A DNA stretch of 64,000 nt from an uncultured Muribaculaceae bacterium (GCA_964616485.1 CAZTRB010000005.1:11592-75591), one strand, 5' to 3'; shown: positions 18,898-29,190, counted from the first letter of the stretch. Numbers and translations: made by a program. Notes: generated from the letters alone by a model not told the origin.

Positions 18898-18931
18898 AAT
18901 AAAGCTCCTTGTATTATCTTTTATATATAAC

Positions 18932-18960
18932 ATTTTAATATCTTTATACATAATAGTCAA
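18932..18960 (-). promoter_or_regulatory. candidate promoter of giant pilin-like gene (TTGACT-17-TAAAAT)
   Basis: Minus-strand ttgact (plus agtcaa 18955-18960), 17-nt spacer, taaaat (plus atttta 18932-18937); about 30 nt upstream of RBS/ATG. Confidence 0.4.
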
Positions 18961-19043
18961 GAAAGATTTAGTCGTTAAATCTTTTAGTTTTTTGTAAAAA
19001 GTTGTCTAATTCCTTATAAATTATGTAAAACTTTCCTAGCAAG

Positions 19044-19072
19044 TAGACACTATATACAATATATTATATAAT
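19044..19072 (+). promoter_or_regulatory. candidate divergent promoter of dockerin-GH73 operon (TAGACA-17-TATAAT)
   Basis: tagaca 19044-19049, 17-nt spacer, tataat 19067-19072, then GGAGGTG RBS before ATG 19106. Confidence 0.4.
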
Positions 19073-19105
19073 TATATTACTAATAATGGCATGGAGGTGT
19101 AACAA

Positions 19106-21121
19106 ATGAAGAGATTTTTATTCGTGATTCTTTTGATATTGCTTCTTTTTAATAGTGGAACAGCACATGCAGAAATTATTAAGACTGGTCGGGCTATAGC
19201 CGATGTTGGGCTTAGAATTAGAGCTACTCCCTCTACTAGCGGAACACAATTAGGAACGATACCCTATGGAACGATAGTTAGAATCATCGGTGAAGCGAAT
19301 GGTTCGGGATGTAACGATCCTTGGTTTCAAGTAATTTACTCTACTGGTAATAGTAATATAAACGGTTATTCTTGTTCTACTTATATAACGGAAATTACGG
19401 AGTATGATACTGAAGAGAATACGCCTACAACACCACCAGTAAATAGCGAGGACTTCGAAGCCTACTTAACTTCACAAGGATTCCCAGAAAGCTACAAAGT
19501 CAAACTAAGAATTTTACACGAACAACATCCTAATTGGATATTTGTCGGTATAAAAGTAAGAGAGTCTTGGCAAACGTCTTTAAATCTTCAAGGCGAAGAT
19601 GGAAGAAGTACATTAAATGTTAATGCGGCAAGAAAGGCTTTGGGGCAAGAGGGATATTTATCGACTGCAGCGGGACACTATAACTATGAGACTGACACTT
19701 TTATTCCTAAAGATGGTACTTATTGGTTTCAAGCTAACTCAGATGCTATTGGATATTACCTTGACCCAAGAAACTTCATGGACGAGAAAAATGTTTTCAT
19801 GTTCGAAAGTCTTTTACAAAACGATGCTATTCATACTAAATCAGTAGTCGACGGGATCTTGTCGAGTGACTTCATGAAACAATATTCTAATCATTTCATG
19901 AAAGGTGCAAGAGACTACAACGTTTCTGCTACGCACTTAGCATCACTATCTAGACAAGAAGTAGGAATTACTAACGGTAACATTGTTACTAACGGAAAAG
20001 CCGGAGTATTATCAGACGGAGTTAACTATAACGGTTACTATAACTTTTTTAATATCGGAGCATCATCATCGGGAGATCCGAAGTTAAAATCGTTACAAAG
20101 CGCTAAAGCTCGCGGCTGGAATTCACCTGAGAAATCAATCGTTGGTGGAGCGGCTTTTATATCTAGTGGTTATATTAATGCCGGACAATACACGGCTTAT
20201 CTTCAAAAGTTTAACGTCGATCCTAATGCTACTAAAGGAATATGGCATCAGTATATGACTAACATAGCGGCATTATCTTCGCCGGCAATTACGACATATA
20301 ACTCATATAATAATCTCGGTTTCATAAACCATTCATTTATATTCTCGATTCCAATATTTACTAATATGCCAGAAAGCACTTCGTTACCTCCCTTAGGTAA
20401 CCCAAATAACTGGCTAAAAGAAATAAAGATAAATGGTATCGCTTTATCTAGTTTCTACGGTGGTACCACTAATTACACCATCGATATTCCTTACGAGGAA
20501 GAGATTACAGTAGAGGCTAAAAAAGTAAATAGTAACGCTACTGTATCAGGAACTGGAACAAAAGCCTTAACGGAAGACAAAACCACTTTAACGATTAAAG
20601 TCACTGCTCAAAACGGAAGCGTTAAAAACTATACGGTAACAGTTAATCGTGGGATAAAAGACGATCCTAACTTAGAGATAGATCTTCTATTAAAAGATGT
20701 CTTAACTGATAGCAAATACAAATACGATAGTAAAAATCTTTGGGGAATAACTCTAGGAACTAGCGTTAAGAGTCTTACTAGTAAAATAAAAGGAAAATAT
20801 AAAACAGTAAGTGTAAATATAAAAAATAAAGACGGCAATACTAAAACAGACGGTGTCATAGTTACAGGAGATAAAGTAACGATAACGACTAAACAAGAAT
20901 CTACTACTATCGAAGTAATAATCTTTGGTGATACTAATGGAGACGGATACATCTCGGCAATCGACATCTTAAGCGCTCAAAAACATATCCTTGGATATAC
21001 TACTCTTTTAGGAACTAGTTTCAAAGCGGCAGACATAAATAAAGACGGTGTCATATCAGCTTATGACTTACTACAATTTCAAAAACACGTCTTAGGTTAT
21101 ACTAATATAAGCCAATCATAG
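19106..21121 (+). CDS. secreted peptidoglycan hydrolase: signal peptide, SH3b, GH73 N-acetylglucosaminidase domain, cadherin-like beta-sandwich domain, C-terminal type-I dockerin
   Basis: Signal peptide MKRFLFVILLILLLFNSGTAHA; SH3b GRAIADVGLRIRATPSTSGTQLGTIPYGTIVRII; glucosaminidase-like core aa ~230-400; cadherin-like NNWLKEIKINGIALS...TIKVTAQNGSVKNYTVTVNR; dockerin FGDTNGDGYISAIDILSAQKHILGYT...AADINKDGVISAYDLLQFQKHVLGYT. Confidence 0.8.
   Translation: MKRFLFVILLILLLFNSGTAHAEIIKTGRAIADVGLRIRATPSTSGTQLGTIPYGTIVRIIGEANGSGCNDPWFQVIYSTGNSNINGYSCSTYITEITEYDTEENTPTTPPVNSEDFEAYLTSQGFPESYKVKLRILHEQHPNWIFVGIKVRESWQTSLNLQGEDGRSTLNVNAARKALGQEGYLSTAAGHYNYETDTFIPKDGTYWFQANSDAIGYYLDPRNFMDEKNVFMFESLLQNDAIHTKSVVDGILSSDFMKQYSNHFMKGARDYNVSATHLASLSRQEVGITNGNIVTNGKAGVLSDGVNYNGYYNFFNIGASSSGDPKLKSLQSAKARGWNSPEKSIVGGAAFISSGYINAGQYTAYLQKFNVDPNATKGIWHQYMTNIAALSSPAITTYNSYNNLGFINHSFIFSIPIFTNMPESTSLPPLGNPNNWLKEIKINGIALSSFYGGTTNYTIDIPYEEEITVEAKKVNSNATVSGTGTKALTEDKTTLTIKVTAQNGSVKNYTVTVNRGIKDDPNLEIDLLLKDVLTDSKYKYDSKNLWGITLGTSVKSLTSKIKGKYKTVSVNIKNKDGNTKTDGVIVTGDKVTITTKQESTTIEVIIFGDTNGDGYISAIDILSAQKHILGYTTLLGTSFKAADINKDGVISAYDLLQFQKHVLGYTNISQS
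20924..21103 (+). other. type-I dockerin module (two Ca-binding F-hand repeats)
   Basis: Duplicated D.N.DG.I.A.D...(K)H.LG segments matching dockerin consensus GDVNGDGKVNSTD...LKRYILK. Confidence 0.8.
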
Positions 21122-21130
21122 GAGGACTTT

Positions 21131-22546
21131 ATGAAAAAAATCTTTAAACCATTTACAATGGTTTTCCTTTTTACAGTGATGTTTTTGTTTAATAATAACG
21201 TCTTGGCAGCTAACTTAAATGTCTCGATAACCTCGAGTACTAGTAGAGCGGTAGTTGGTAACAATATTACTTATACGGTTAGAGTGTCTTCTAATGCTAA
21301 ATTTGGTAATATTCATTATAGATTAGAATATGACACTTCTAAGTTAACTCATGTAAGTGGAACACTAAATAATTTTGATTTAAATGTTATCGATAAATAT
21401 TCTGCTACTTACACTTTTACTTTTAGAGCAAAAGCAAGTGGTAATGCTAGAGTAACGTTCGTAATCAACGAAGCCTTAGAATTAAATAACAATTCTTTTA
21501 ATTATAATACTAGAACCAATAAAGATATAACGATCATAACTCAACAACAATTAGAAGCTAGCTATAGTAAAAACAACTACCTATCATCTTTAAAAATAGA
21601 TAATTTTGAAATGACACCGGCTTTTAATAAAGATACTTTAGAATACTCGATAGAATTAGAAAACGATGTTAAATCAATAAATATTAGCGGTACTAAAGCA
21701 GATTCAACAGCATCAGTCGAAGGTTTGGGTGCACATGAATTAATAGAAGGACCAAATAAAATAAATATAAAAGTTACTGCCCAAAACGGTGCCTCTAGAA
21801 CATATACGATAAATGCAACGGTAAAAGAATTAAATCCCATTATCGTAACTGTCGACGGCAAAGAATATAATGTCGTTAGAAAAAAAGACCTAATAAAAAA
21901 ACCTAATAGCAAATACGAAGAGACGATTATACAAATAAATGAAGAAGATGTCCCAGCTTTCATAAACGAGACGACTAAAGTAACATTAATCGGGCTTAGA
22001 GATGAAGAGGACAACATTTCTTTATTTAGTGTTAAAAATGATACGTATATTCCTTACCAAGAATTCGCTTTTAGTAGTATAATATTTACGGAAGAAAATT
22101 TAGACGATCTTCCTAAAGGTTATACTAAAACTAAATTAAAACTCGAAGAAGTAGAAATAGACGCTTATCAAGATAACTCTAACTTAAATTTCTACCTAAT
22201 AAAAGGAGTGAACATTGAAACGGGAATAACTTCCCTATATCAATATGATAGTAAAGAAAACACTCTTCAAATATATAATGATTCATTAGCTAAACAAAAT
22301 AAGGAATTAACTAATAAGAATAATATTTATCTTTATACTATAATTGGTCTAATAGCACTCATAGCTATATCTTCCGGAACGATATTAGTAAAGACTTTAA
22401 AAAATGAAAAACCTAAAATAAAAAAAGAAGAGAAGACCGACAAAAAAGTCAAAGAAAAAGTAGAGGAACCGAAAGAACCTATCATAGAAGAAGAGAGTCT
22501 AACAAAACAAATAAAGAAAATGAAAAAAAATAAAAAACAATCTTAA
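21131..22546 (+). CDS. type-I membrane protein with signal peptide, cohesin-like N-terminal module, cadherin-like domain, C-terminal TM helix and Lys/Glu-rich cytoplasmic tail
   Basis: Signal MKKIFKPFTMVFLFTVMFLFNNNVLA; NLNVSITSSTSRAVVGNNITYTVRVSSNAKFGNIHYRLEYDTSKLTHVSG resembles cohesin (..YDp.vLe.vsv..G); cadherin-like YLSSLKIDNFEMTPAFNKDTLEYS...INIKVTAQNGASRTYTINATV; TM IYLYTIIGLIALIAISSGTILV; 10-nt gap to upstream dockerin gene. Confidence 0.55.
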   Translation: MKKIFKPFTMVFLFTVMFLFNNNVLAANLNVSITSSTSRAVVGNNITYTVRVSSNAKFGNIHYRLEYDTSKLTHVSGTLNNFDLNVIDKYSATYTFTFRAKASGNARVTFVINEALELNNNSFNYNTRTNKDITIITQQQLEASYSKNNYLSSLKIDNFEMTPAFNKDTLEYSIELENDVKSINISGTKADSTASVEGLGAHELIEGPNKINIKVTAQNGASRTYTINATVKELNPIIVTVDGKEYNVVRKKDLIKKPNSKYEETIIQINEEDVPAFINETTKVTLIGLRDEEDNISLFSVKNDTYIPYQEFAFSSIIFTEENLDDLPKGYTKTKLKLEEVEIDAYQDNSNLNFYLIKGVNIETGITSLYQYDSKENTLQIYNDSLAKQNKELTNKNNIYLYTIIGLIALIAISSGTILVKTLKNEKPKIKKEEKTDKKVKEKVEEPKEPIIEEESLTKQIKKMKKNKKQS

Positions 22547-22561
22547 TATACTGGAGGAATT

Positions 22562-24667
22562 ATGAAAAAGAAAAAGATCAAATACCAAAATATATTCACA
22601 ATACTTTGTATCTTAAGCAGCTTATATCTAATCCAATCTATCTACTTATTTTCACAAATAGAAACAGTTATTAGATACTCTGTAATTGGTATTTTAGTTC
22701 TTTTCGACTTCTTTATATTAATTAAGATGTTTTTCTTAAAGACTAAAAAAACTATTATATATATTATAGTCTTAGTCTTTTTTAGTGGAATATATATATT
22801 CTTAGGATACAATTTAAATAGAATATACTCTTATTTTACTAACTTAAATAAGACGATTACTTATTCGACTAGTTTAGTTACCTTAAAAAGTACTAAAGAT
22901 GTCGATCTAATAACACTTAAGAATGCTAATATAGGTCTTATCGATGATCCGACTTCTGAAGATGGACACATCTTAGCACAAGAGATAATAAAGAAAGAGA
23001 GTTTATCTAAAAACAATAATATTATCTATAGGCATTCATATACTGAACTTATATTAGATTTATATGATAAAGACTTAGACTATATTTTTCTTCCTAGTTC
23101 TTATGTCGATATCTTTAGTACGATCGAAGGTCTTGAAGATATAGAAGATAAAATTAAGACTATTCTAACGACAGAGATGGAAAAGACTAAAGAAGAGGCA
23201 CAACTATTAGGAGATCCTAAGAATATAGATGAACCATTCACGATGTTATTAATAGGTATTGATTCAACGGCTGATGGTATTCAAAATGCCGACTCATTTA
23301 ATGGAGATTCTCTTATGGTACTTACTTTTAATCCTAAGACGATGACTGCTACGATGTTAAGTATACCTAGAGATACGTATGTTCCAATAGCATGCTTTCC
23401 AAATAAAATAGAAAATAAGATAACTCATTCTGCTTCTCGTGGTACAAGTTGTGTTATAAATACTATTCAAAACTTATTGGATATAAAAATAGACTATTAT
23501 ATGAAGATTAACTTTACTGGTCTAGTCGAACTAGTCGATGCCGTCGGTGGAGTCGAAGTCGATGTTCCTTATAGTTTTTGTGAACAAAATAGTAAGAGAA
23601 AATTCGGTAATAGTACTATCTATGTAAAAGAAGGTTTAAGGACACTTAATGGTGAAGAGGCCTTAGCATTATCTAGAAATAGAAAGAATAATTATGAATA
23701 TTGTTCTAAAGAATGGACTAAGGGAAATAGAAGTGACTTTGTAAGAGCAGAGAACCAACAAAAAGTAGTTCAAGGAATATTAAATAAAGTAAAAGGTTAT
23801 ACTTCTATTAACAAAATAGAAGAGTTATTAAAAATAGTCTCTAAAAACTTAGATACTAATATGAGTGAGAAGACGATTTTCTCATTCTATAATATTGCAA
23901 AGGATGTCATGATATCATCGTCTAATTCTGATATACTATCTATTCAAAGATTAGAGATAGTCGGATGGGGACAAACGATATACGATGAGACATCTAAGTT
24001 ACAGTTGTGGAATTATGTTCCAAATAAGAGAAGTACCGAAGATGTAAAAGAAGCTATTAAAATAAATTTAGGACTGAAAAAACATGAGTTAATCAAGACT
24101 TTCACTTATTCTTGGAAAGAAGAATATACTCAAAAGATTCCAGGTAAAGGGCCTTATAGTATATATACTACTTATGACTTGCTAAAAGACTTTACTAACA
24201 TGAATATAACGGATGTCGAGCTATGGGCTGAAAAAAACGACATTACTTTAGTCATAGAAGAAGTAGAAAAGGTCGGTTACAAAAATGGTACAGTCGTTAA
24301 TCAAGAGTATCCAGTTAATAAGAGATTAGATTTAATACCCGATAGAACATTAAAAATAGAAGTAGTCAAGAATAAAGATACTAAAATAGACTGTTTAAAA
24401 GACGAGGAAAACATTATTTGTCTAATACCTGACTTTATCGGTAAAACTAAGAAAGACGTAGCTCTTTGGGGAAATAAGTTCTCTAATCTAGTAGATGTTA
24501 AATATGTAGAAGTGGAGTCTGAAGAAGAAGAGAATACGATAATAGATCAAACGATTAAAGGTATTACGATAAAAGAATTACTTGAGAATAAAGAGAGTAT
24601 CACTTTTACTATCGTTAAGAAAAAAGAAATAATACCACCTATCGAAGAAGAAATGGAAGAAGAATAA
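22562..24667 (+). CDS. LytR-CpsA-Psr (LCP) family cell-wall glycopolymer transferase with extended C-terminal region (701 aa)
   Basis: N-terminal TM helices; LCP core LLIGIDSTADG...GDSLMVLTFNPKTMTATMLSIPRDTYVPIAC...HSASRG...YYMKINFTGLVELVDAVGGVEVDVPYSF; ~280-aa C-terminal extension. Confidence 0.8.
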   Translation: MKKKKIKYQNIFTILCILSSLYLIQSIYLFSQIETVIRYSVIGILVLFDFFILIKMFFLKTKKTIIYIIVLVFFSGIYIFLGYNLNRIYSYFTNLNKTITYSTSLVTLKSTKDVDLITLKNANIGLIDDPTSEDGHILAQEIIKKESLSKNNNIIYRHSYTELILDLYDKDLDYIFLPSSYVDIFSTIEGLEDIEDKIKTILTTEMEKTKEEAQLLGDPKNIDEPFTMLLIGIDSTADGIQNADSFNGDSLMVLTFNPKTMTATMLSIPRDTYVPIACFPNKIENKITHSASRGTSCVINTIQNLLDIKIDYYMKINFTGLVELVDAVGGVEVDVPYSFCEQNSKRKFGNSTIYVKEGLRTLNGEEALALSRNRKNNYEYCSKEWTKGNRSDFVRAENQQKVVQGILNKVKGYTSINKIEELLKIVSKNLDTNMSEKTIFSFYNIAKDVMISSSNSDILSIQRLEIVGWGQTIYDETSKLQLWNYVPNKRSTEDVKEAIKINLGLKKHELIKTFTYSWKEEYTQKIPGKGPYSIYTTYDLLKDFTNMNITDVELWAEKNDITLVIEEVEKVGYKNGTVVNQEYPVNKRLDLIPDRTLKIEVVKNKDTKIDCLKDEENIICLIPDFIGKTKKDVALWGNKFSNLVDVKYVEVESEEEENTIIDQTIKGITIKELLENKESITFTIVKKKEIIPPIEEEMEEE

Positions 24668-24729
24668 ATTTTTAGCAACTATAGAGAGCTAGAGATAGAT
24701 TCTCTTTTGTTTGTCATTAAAATATTACT

Positions 24730-24758
24730 TTGACAATTAATATACTATATAGTATAAT
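24730..24758 (+). promoter_or_regulatory. consensus sigma-A promoter for rnj (TTGACA-17-TATAAT)
   Basis: ttgaca 24730-24735, 17-nt spacer, tataat 24753-24758, then AGGAG RBS. Confidence 0.6.
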
Positions 24759-24796
24759 CACCTAGTTAGTTCTTTAAAAATATGAAAGGAGAAATT

Positions 24797-26470
24797 ATGA
24801 ATAAAGAAACAAACGATACTAAAATTATTATTTTAGGAGGTTTGGGAGAAGTCGGTAAGAACATGTATTGTGTAATGCATGGTGACGACATTATTATTAT
24901 TGATTCGGGTATCAGTTTTCCAGATGCAGGAATTTTGGGAATTGATTATATATTACCAGATTTTACTTTTTTAAAGCAAAATCAAGATAAGATTAAAGCC
25001 TTGATAATAACTCATGGTCACGAGGACCATATAGGAGCTATTCCTTTTTTGGTGCAATCAATAGATATACCAGCGATATATGCCCCTAACCAAGCTAAAG
25101 AGTTAATAAGTATGAAGCTACAAGATCGTAACGTTAGATATGATAATCTATTCGTCTACGATGACAAGACAATTTTAAAATTTAATAAGCTAGAAGTAGA
25201 GTTTTTTATAACGACTCACTCGATTCCCGATTCACATGGAGTCTTGATAAAGACACCTGATGGAAACATCGTAACGACTGGAGACTTTAAGTTCGACTTT
25301 ACTCCGATAGGTCCGATGGCTGATTTACACAAAATGGCAAGAATCGGAGAAAACGGAGTTGATGTTCTATTAAGTGACTCAACAAACGCATTAAATGAAG
25401 GTATAAGTATAAGTGAGACGAAAGTAGACAATGCTCTAAATGATATTTTTGATAAATATACACAACAGAGAATAATAATAGCCACTTTCGCTTCAAACAT
25501 CTATCGTCTTAAACACATTATCGAGACATGTTACAATCACGGAAGAAAAATATGTGTCTTCGGTAGAAGTATGGAGAATAATATCAAGATATCGATAAGT
25601 GGTGGTTATATAAACCATTCTGATATCTTAGTCACACCAGAAGAAGCTAATTCGTTAAAGCCTGGTGAAGTAACTATACTATCTACCGGTTCACAAGGAG
25701 AACCTTTGGCTGCTCTTTCGAGAATATCTAACGGTACTCATAAGCAAATTAAGCTTAGACCAGACGATGTCGTAGTATTGTCATCTTCACCGATACCGGG
25801 CAATGCTCAAGCTATCGGGAATACGATAAACAAATTATATTTACAAGGAGTAAAAGTATATACTAATAATACTTCTAATGAAATCCATACATCGGGTCAT
25901 GCCAATATGGAAGAGCTAAAACTGATGATTAGGTTGATGAAACCAAAATATCTAGTGCCTTTCCACGGTGACTATCGCATGTTAAAGAGTCATGCCAACT
26001 TAGGAATAGAGTGTGGGGTACCAAAAGAAAATACCTTCGTCTTAAAAAACGGAGATGTCTTGGTATTAAAAGATCGTGTTCTAACTAAAGGAACGCCAGT
26101 AATAGCCAGTGATATCTATGTCGATGGTAGTCGCTTAGAAGAAGTAAACAGTGCTGTTCTAAGAGATCGTAAAGTAATGGCAAGTGATGGTATACTAGTA
26201 GTCATTGCTAATATCGATATGAAAAACAAGAGTCTGCTTATTAAACCTAACGTTACTACTAGAGGTTTTGTCCTAGTAAATGAGAATGAGACTTTATTAA
26301 AACAAATTGTAAATAAAGCCGAAGAAATAATCTTAAATAAGTTAGAAGATCAAGCATCTAGTTTCATGGATATTAAAAATCAAATAACGGCTGATTTATT
26401 CCCTTATGTATACGAATTAACGGGAAGAAAGCCGATCATATTGCCAGTAATTTTAGATATTAAGAAATAA
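24797..26470 (+). CDS. rnj: ribonuclease J (metallo-beta-lactamase/beta-CASP RNase)
   Basis: ILGGLGEVGKNMY...IITHGHEDHIGAIPFL (HxHxDH motif); start at second ATG, which has AGGAG spacing. Confidence 0.9.
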   Translation: MNKETNDTKIIILGGLGEVGKNMYCVMHGDDIIIIDSGISFPDAGILGIDYILPDFTFLKQNQDKIKALIITHGHEDHIGAIPFLVQSIDIPAIYAPNQAKELISMKLQDRNVRYDNLFVYDDKTILKFNKLEVEFFITTHSIPDSHGVLIKTPDGNIVTTGDFKFDFTPIGPMADLHKMARIGENGVDVLLSDSTNALNEGISISETKVDNALNDIFDKYTQQRIIIATFASNIYRLKHIIETCYNHGRKICVFGRSMENNIKISISGGYINHSDILVTPEEANSLKPGEVTILSTGSQGEPLAALSRISNGTHKQIKLRPDDVVVLSSSPIPGNAQAIGNTINKLYLQGVKVYTNNTSNEIHTSGHANMEELKLMIRLMKPKYLVPFHGDYRMLKSHANLGIECGVPKENTFVLKNGDVLVLKDRVLTKGTPVIASDIYVDGSRLEEVNSAVLRDRKVMASDGILVVIANIDMKNKSLLIKPNVTTRGFVLVNENETLLKQIVNKAEEIILNKLEDQASSFMDIKNQITADLFPYVYELTGRKPIILPVILDIKK

Positions 26471-26495
26471 AAAAACAGTTTCCTGTTTTTTTTTT
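26471..26495. terminator. bidirectional terminator between rnj and rny
   Basis: aaacag-tttcc-ctgttt stem flanked by A-run and T-run. Confidence 0.6.
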
Positions 26496-26496
26496 A

Positions 26497-28047
26497 CTAT
26501 TTTGCTTCTTCTTGAGCTCTAGTTTCTCTTATAACTGTTACTTTAATAGTACCCGGATATTGCATAGTAGACTCAATCTTTTCTTTAACCTCTCGCGCAA
26601 TCTTGTGAGACGTTAAGTCGTCGATCTCTTCTGGTTTAACTATTACTCTAAGTTCTCTACCCGCTTGAACAGCAAAGGTCTTATCGATACCACTCATATC
26701 TTTAGTAATCGCTTCTAGTTGACCTAGACGTTTAATATAGTTTTCTAAAGAATCGTTTCTAGCTCCTGGACGCGATGCCGATAGAGCATCTGCTATAGCT
26801 ACTATTACCGAGATAATCGATGTAGCTTCTCTATCGCCATGGTGAGACTCGATCGAATTAATAACCGCTTCATGTTCATTAAACTTTTTAGCAAGCTCAA
26901 TTCCAATCTCAACGTGACTTCCTTCAGCTTCGTGATCAATCGCTTTACCAATATCATGTAACAACCCAGCTCTCTTAGCAAGCATTTGATTCTCACCAAG
27001 TTCTGCCGCTATTAAACCTGCTAGATGTGCAACTTCTTTAGAGTGATCTAAGGCATTTTGACCATAACTAGATCTAAAATGTAATTTACCTATTATCTCT
27101 ACTAGTTGAGCATCGACTTTAGTAATACCAAGTTCGAATAAGGCATCATTACCATGCTCGATTACTTTTTGTTTCATCTCTTTACTTACTTTATCATAAA
27201 TCTCTTCGATTCTAGTCGGATGAATACGACCATCTTTAAGTAGAGTCTCTAACATTACTCTAGCAGTCTCTCTTCTTAAAGGATCAAAACTTGAAAGGAC
27301 TACCGCTTCCGGAGTATCATCGATTATTAAATCTACTCCCGTTATAGCTTCAATAGTACGAATATTTCTTCCCTCTCGTCCTATAATTCTTCCTTTTAAT
27401 TCATCATCTGGAAGAGCGACGACAGTAACAGTCTGATCATTCGCTATATCAGCAGCATATCTTTGCATAGACATCGTAAGTAAGTTTTTAGCCTTCTTAT
27501 CTACTTCTAATTTAGCTTCGTCTTCTCTTTCTTTAATATACAAAGAAATCTCTTTATTCATCGTCTCTTCGACAATTTTCATGACTTCTTTTCTAGCCTG
27601 ATCTCGATTTAACTTTGCTACATTCATAAGTTGTTCTAATTGTTCTTGTTTCATTTCTTCTATTTTTGCGTATTCTGACTGAATATCTTTTTGAGATTCT
27701 AAAATTTTATTTTCTTTTTCCTCTAAAGAAAGTTCTCTTTTTTGGAACAATTCATCACGCTTATCTAGGTTACCCTCTCTTGCATGTAACCTATCTTCAG
27801 CCGCTTTAATTTCGTCTTTCTTTTCTTTAAAACCTTTTTCCGCTTCTAGTTTAGTCTTGTGAAGTTCTTCTTTTAACTCAAATAAAGAATCACGTTTATT
27901 TCTTTCCGCTTCTTTTTTAGCATTCTCAATAATCTCGTCGGCATTTTTAGCGGCTTTTTTCACTTTATTGTTAATAAAGTAATATCCCGCAAAAAAACCA
28001 GTAAATATTCCAGCAAGAACTAGCAAAACAGAGATTAGTGTTTCCAT
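26497..28047 (-). CDS. rny: ribonuclease Y (N-terminal TM, KH domain, HD domain)
   Basis: [26 protein letters not shown]; [28 protein letters not shown]; [10 protein letters not shown]...; GGAGG RBS before METL. Confidence 0.92.
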   Translation of the reverse strand: METLISVLLVLAGIFTGFFAGYYFINNKVKKAAKNADEIIENAKKEAERNKRDSLFELKEELHKTKLEAEKGFKEKKDEIKAAEDRLHAREGNLDKRDELFQKRELSLEEKENKILESQKDIQSEYAKIEEMKQEQLEQLMNVAKLNRDQARKEVMKIVEETMNKEISLYIKEREDEAKLEVDKKAKNLLTMSMQRYAADIANDQTVTVVALPDDELKGRIIGREGRNIRTIEAITGVDLIIDDTPEAVVLSSFDPLRRETARVMLETLLKDGRIHPTRIEEIYDKVSKEMKQKVIEHGNDALFELGITKVDAQLVEIIGKLHFRSSYGQNALDHSKEVAHLAGLIAAELGENQMLAKRAGLLHDIGKAIDHEAEGSHVEIGIELAKKFNEHEAVINSIESHHGDREATSIISVIVAIADALSASRPGARNDSLENYIKRLGQLEAITKDMSGIDKTFAVQAGRELRVIVKPEEIDDLTSHKIAREVKEKIESTMQYPGTIKVTVIRETRAQEEAK

Positions 28048-28116
28048 AATTTCCTCCATTTTCTAATTCAATATAATTTAACAGTTAATATTACATAAGT
28101 AAATATTACTATCTCT

Positions 28117-28145
28117 ATTGTATGTTTTTTTAATGATATTGTCAA
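28117..28145 (-). promoter_or_regulatory. candidate rny promoter (TTGACA-17-TACAAT on minus strand)
   Basis: minus-strand ttgacaatatcattaaaaaaacatacaat. Confidence 0.45.
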
Positions 28146-28156
28146 AGTAAATTTTG

Positions 28157-28191
28157 AAACAAATAAAAAGAGAAATTTATTTTTTCTCTTT
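28157..28191 (-). terminator. recA intrinsic terminator
   Basis: aaagagaaa-tttattt-tttctcttt stem (28167-28191, includes recA stop) followed by T-rich tract on minus strand. Confidence 0.55.
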
Positions 28192-29190
28192 CTTTACACT
28201 AATACCATAAAATTCTCTAGTCTTAGTCTCAATCTCATCGAATAAATCTCTTCTCTCTTTAAGTAGGATTTTCACATTTTCTTTTCCTTGACCTAGTTTT
28301 TCACCGTTATAAGAGAACCAAGCTCCACCTTTTTCCACGATGTTTGCACTGACGGCTAGATCGATTAACTCTCCTTCTTTAGAAACCCCTTCTCCATACA
28401 TAATATCGACTGCTGCGACTTTGAATGGTGGAGCCACCTTGTTTTTAACGACTTTAACATTCGTCTTATTACCGATAATAGCGTCTCCTATCTTTATTTG
28501 TTCGCTTCTCCTAATCTCTAAACGAATCGTCGAATAGAATTTTAAAGCTCTACCACCAGGAGTCGTCTCTGGGTTACCAAACATGATTCCTACTTTTTCA
28601 CGCAATTGATTTATAAAGACAGCAATAGTGTTTGTTTTATTGATAACACCTGATAACTTTCTTAGAGCTTGACTCATAAGCCTAGCTTGTAATCCGACAT
28701 GTGAATCACCCATTTCACCAGCAATCTCTGCTTGTGGAACGAGTGCAGCCACCGAGTCGATAACGACGATACTAACGGCTTCACTTCTAACTAAAGCCTC
28801 ACATATTTCTAAAGCTTGTTCACCAGTATCTGGTTGAGCTAATAATAAATCGTTAATATTAACTCCTAAGTTTTTAGCATACGTCGGATCAAGAGCATGC
28901 TCAGCATCGATAAACGCCGCCTTACCACCTTGCTTTTGAACCTCGGCTATTGCATGTAATGCAAATGTCGTCTTACCACTTGATTCCGGACCATATATCT
29001 CGATAATCCTTCCTTTAGGATAACCACCGACACCTAATGCTATATCTAACGAAAGGGAACCACTTGGTACGGTATCGACTTCCATATGTCTGCTTTCTCC
29101 AAGCTTCATTATCGCACCTTTACCAAATTGTTTTTCTATATCTAATAATACTTGTTCTAATGTTTTTTCCTTGTCTGTACTTTTGTTCAT
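28177..29190 (-). CDS. recA: recombinase RecA
   Basis: [16 protein letters not shown] Walker [14 protein letters not shown], full-length collinearity with RecA. Confidence 0.97.
   Translation of the reverse strand: MNKSTDKEKTLEQVLLDIEKQFGKGAIMKLGESRHMEVDTVPSGSLSLDIALGVGGYPKGRIIEIYGPESSGKTTFALHAIAEVQKQGGKAAFIDAEHALDPTYAKNLGVNINDLLLAQPDTGEQALEICEALVRSEAVSIVVIDSVAALVPQAEIAGEMGDSHVGLQARLMSQALRKLSGVINKTNTIAVFINQLREKVGIMFGNPETTPGGRALKFYSTIRLEIRRSEQIKIGDAIIGNKTNVKVVKNKVAPPFKVAAVDIMYGEGVSKEGELIDLAVSANIVEKGGAWFSYNGEKLGQGKENVKILLKERRDLFDEIETKTREFYGISVKKEKK

Noticed and set aside
18898-18960. ORF-track N-terminal extension MTIMYKDIKMLYIKDNTRSFI of the giant gene
   Set aside because: A promoter-like TTGACT-17-TAAAAT lies within it and AAGGAG sits 8 nt before the downstream ATG at 18897. 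The downstream start yields a canonical prepilin leader.
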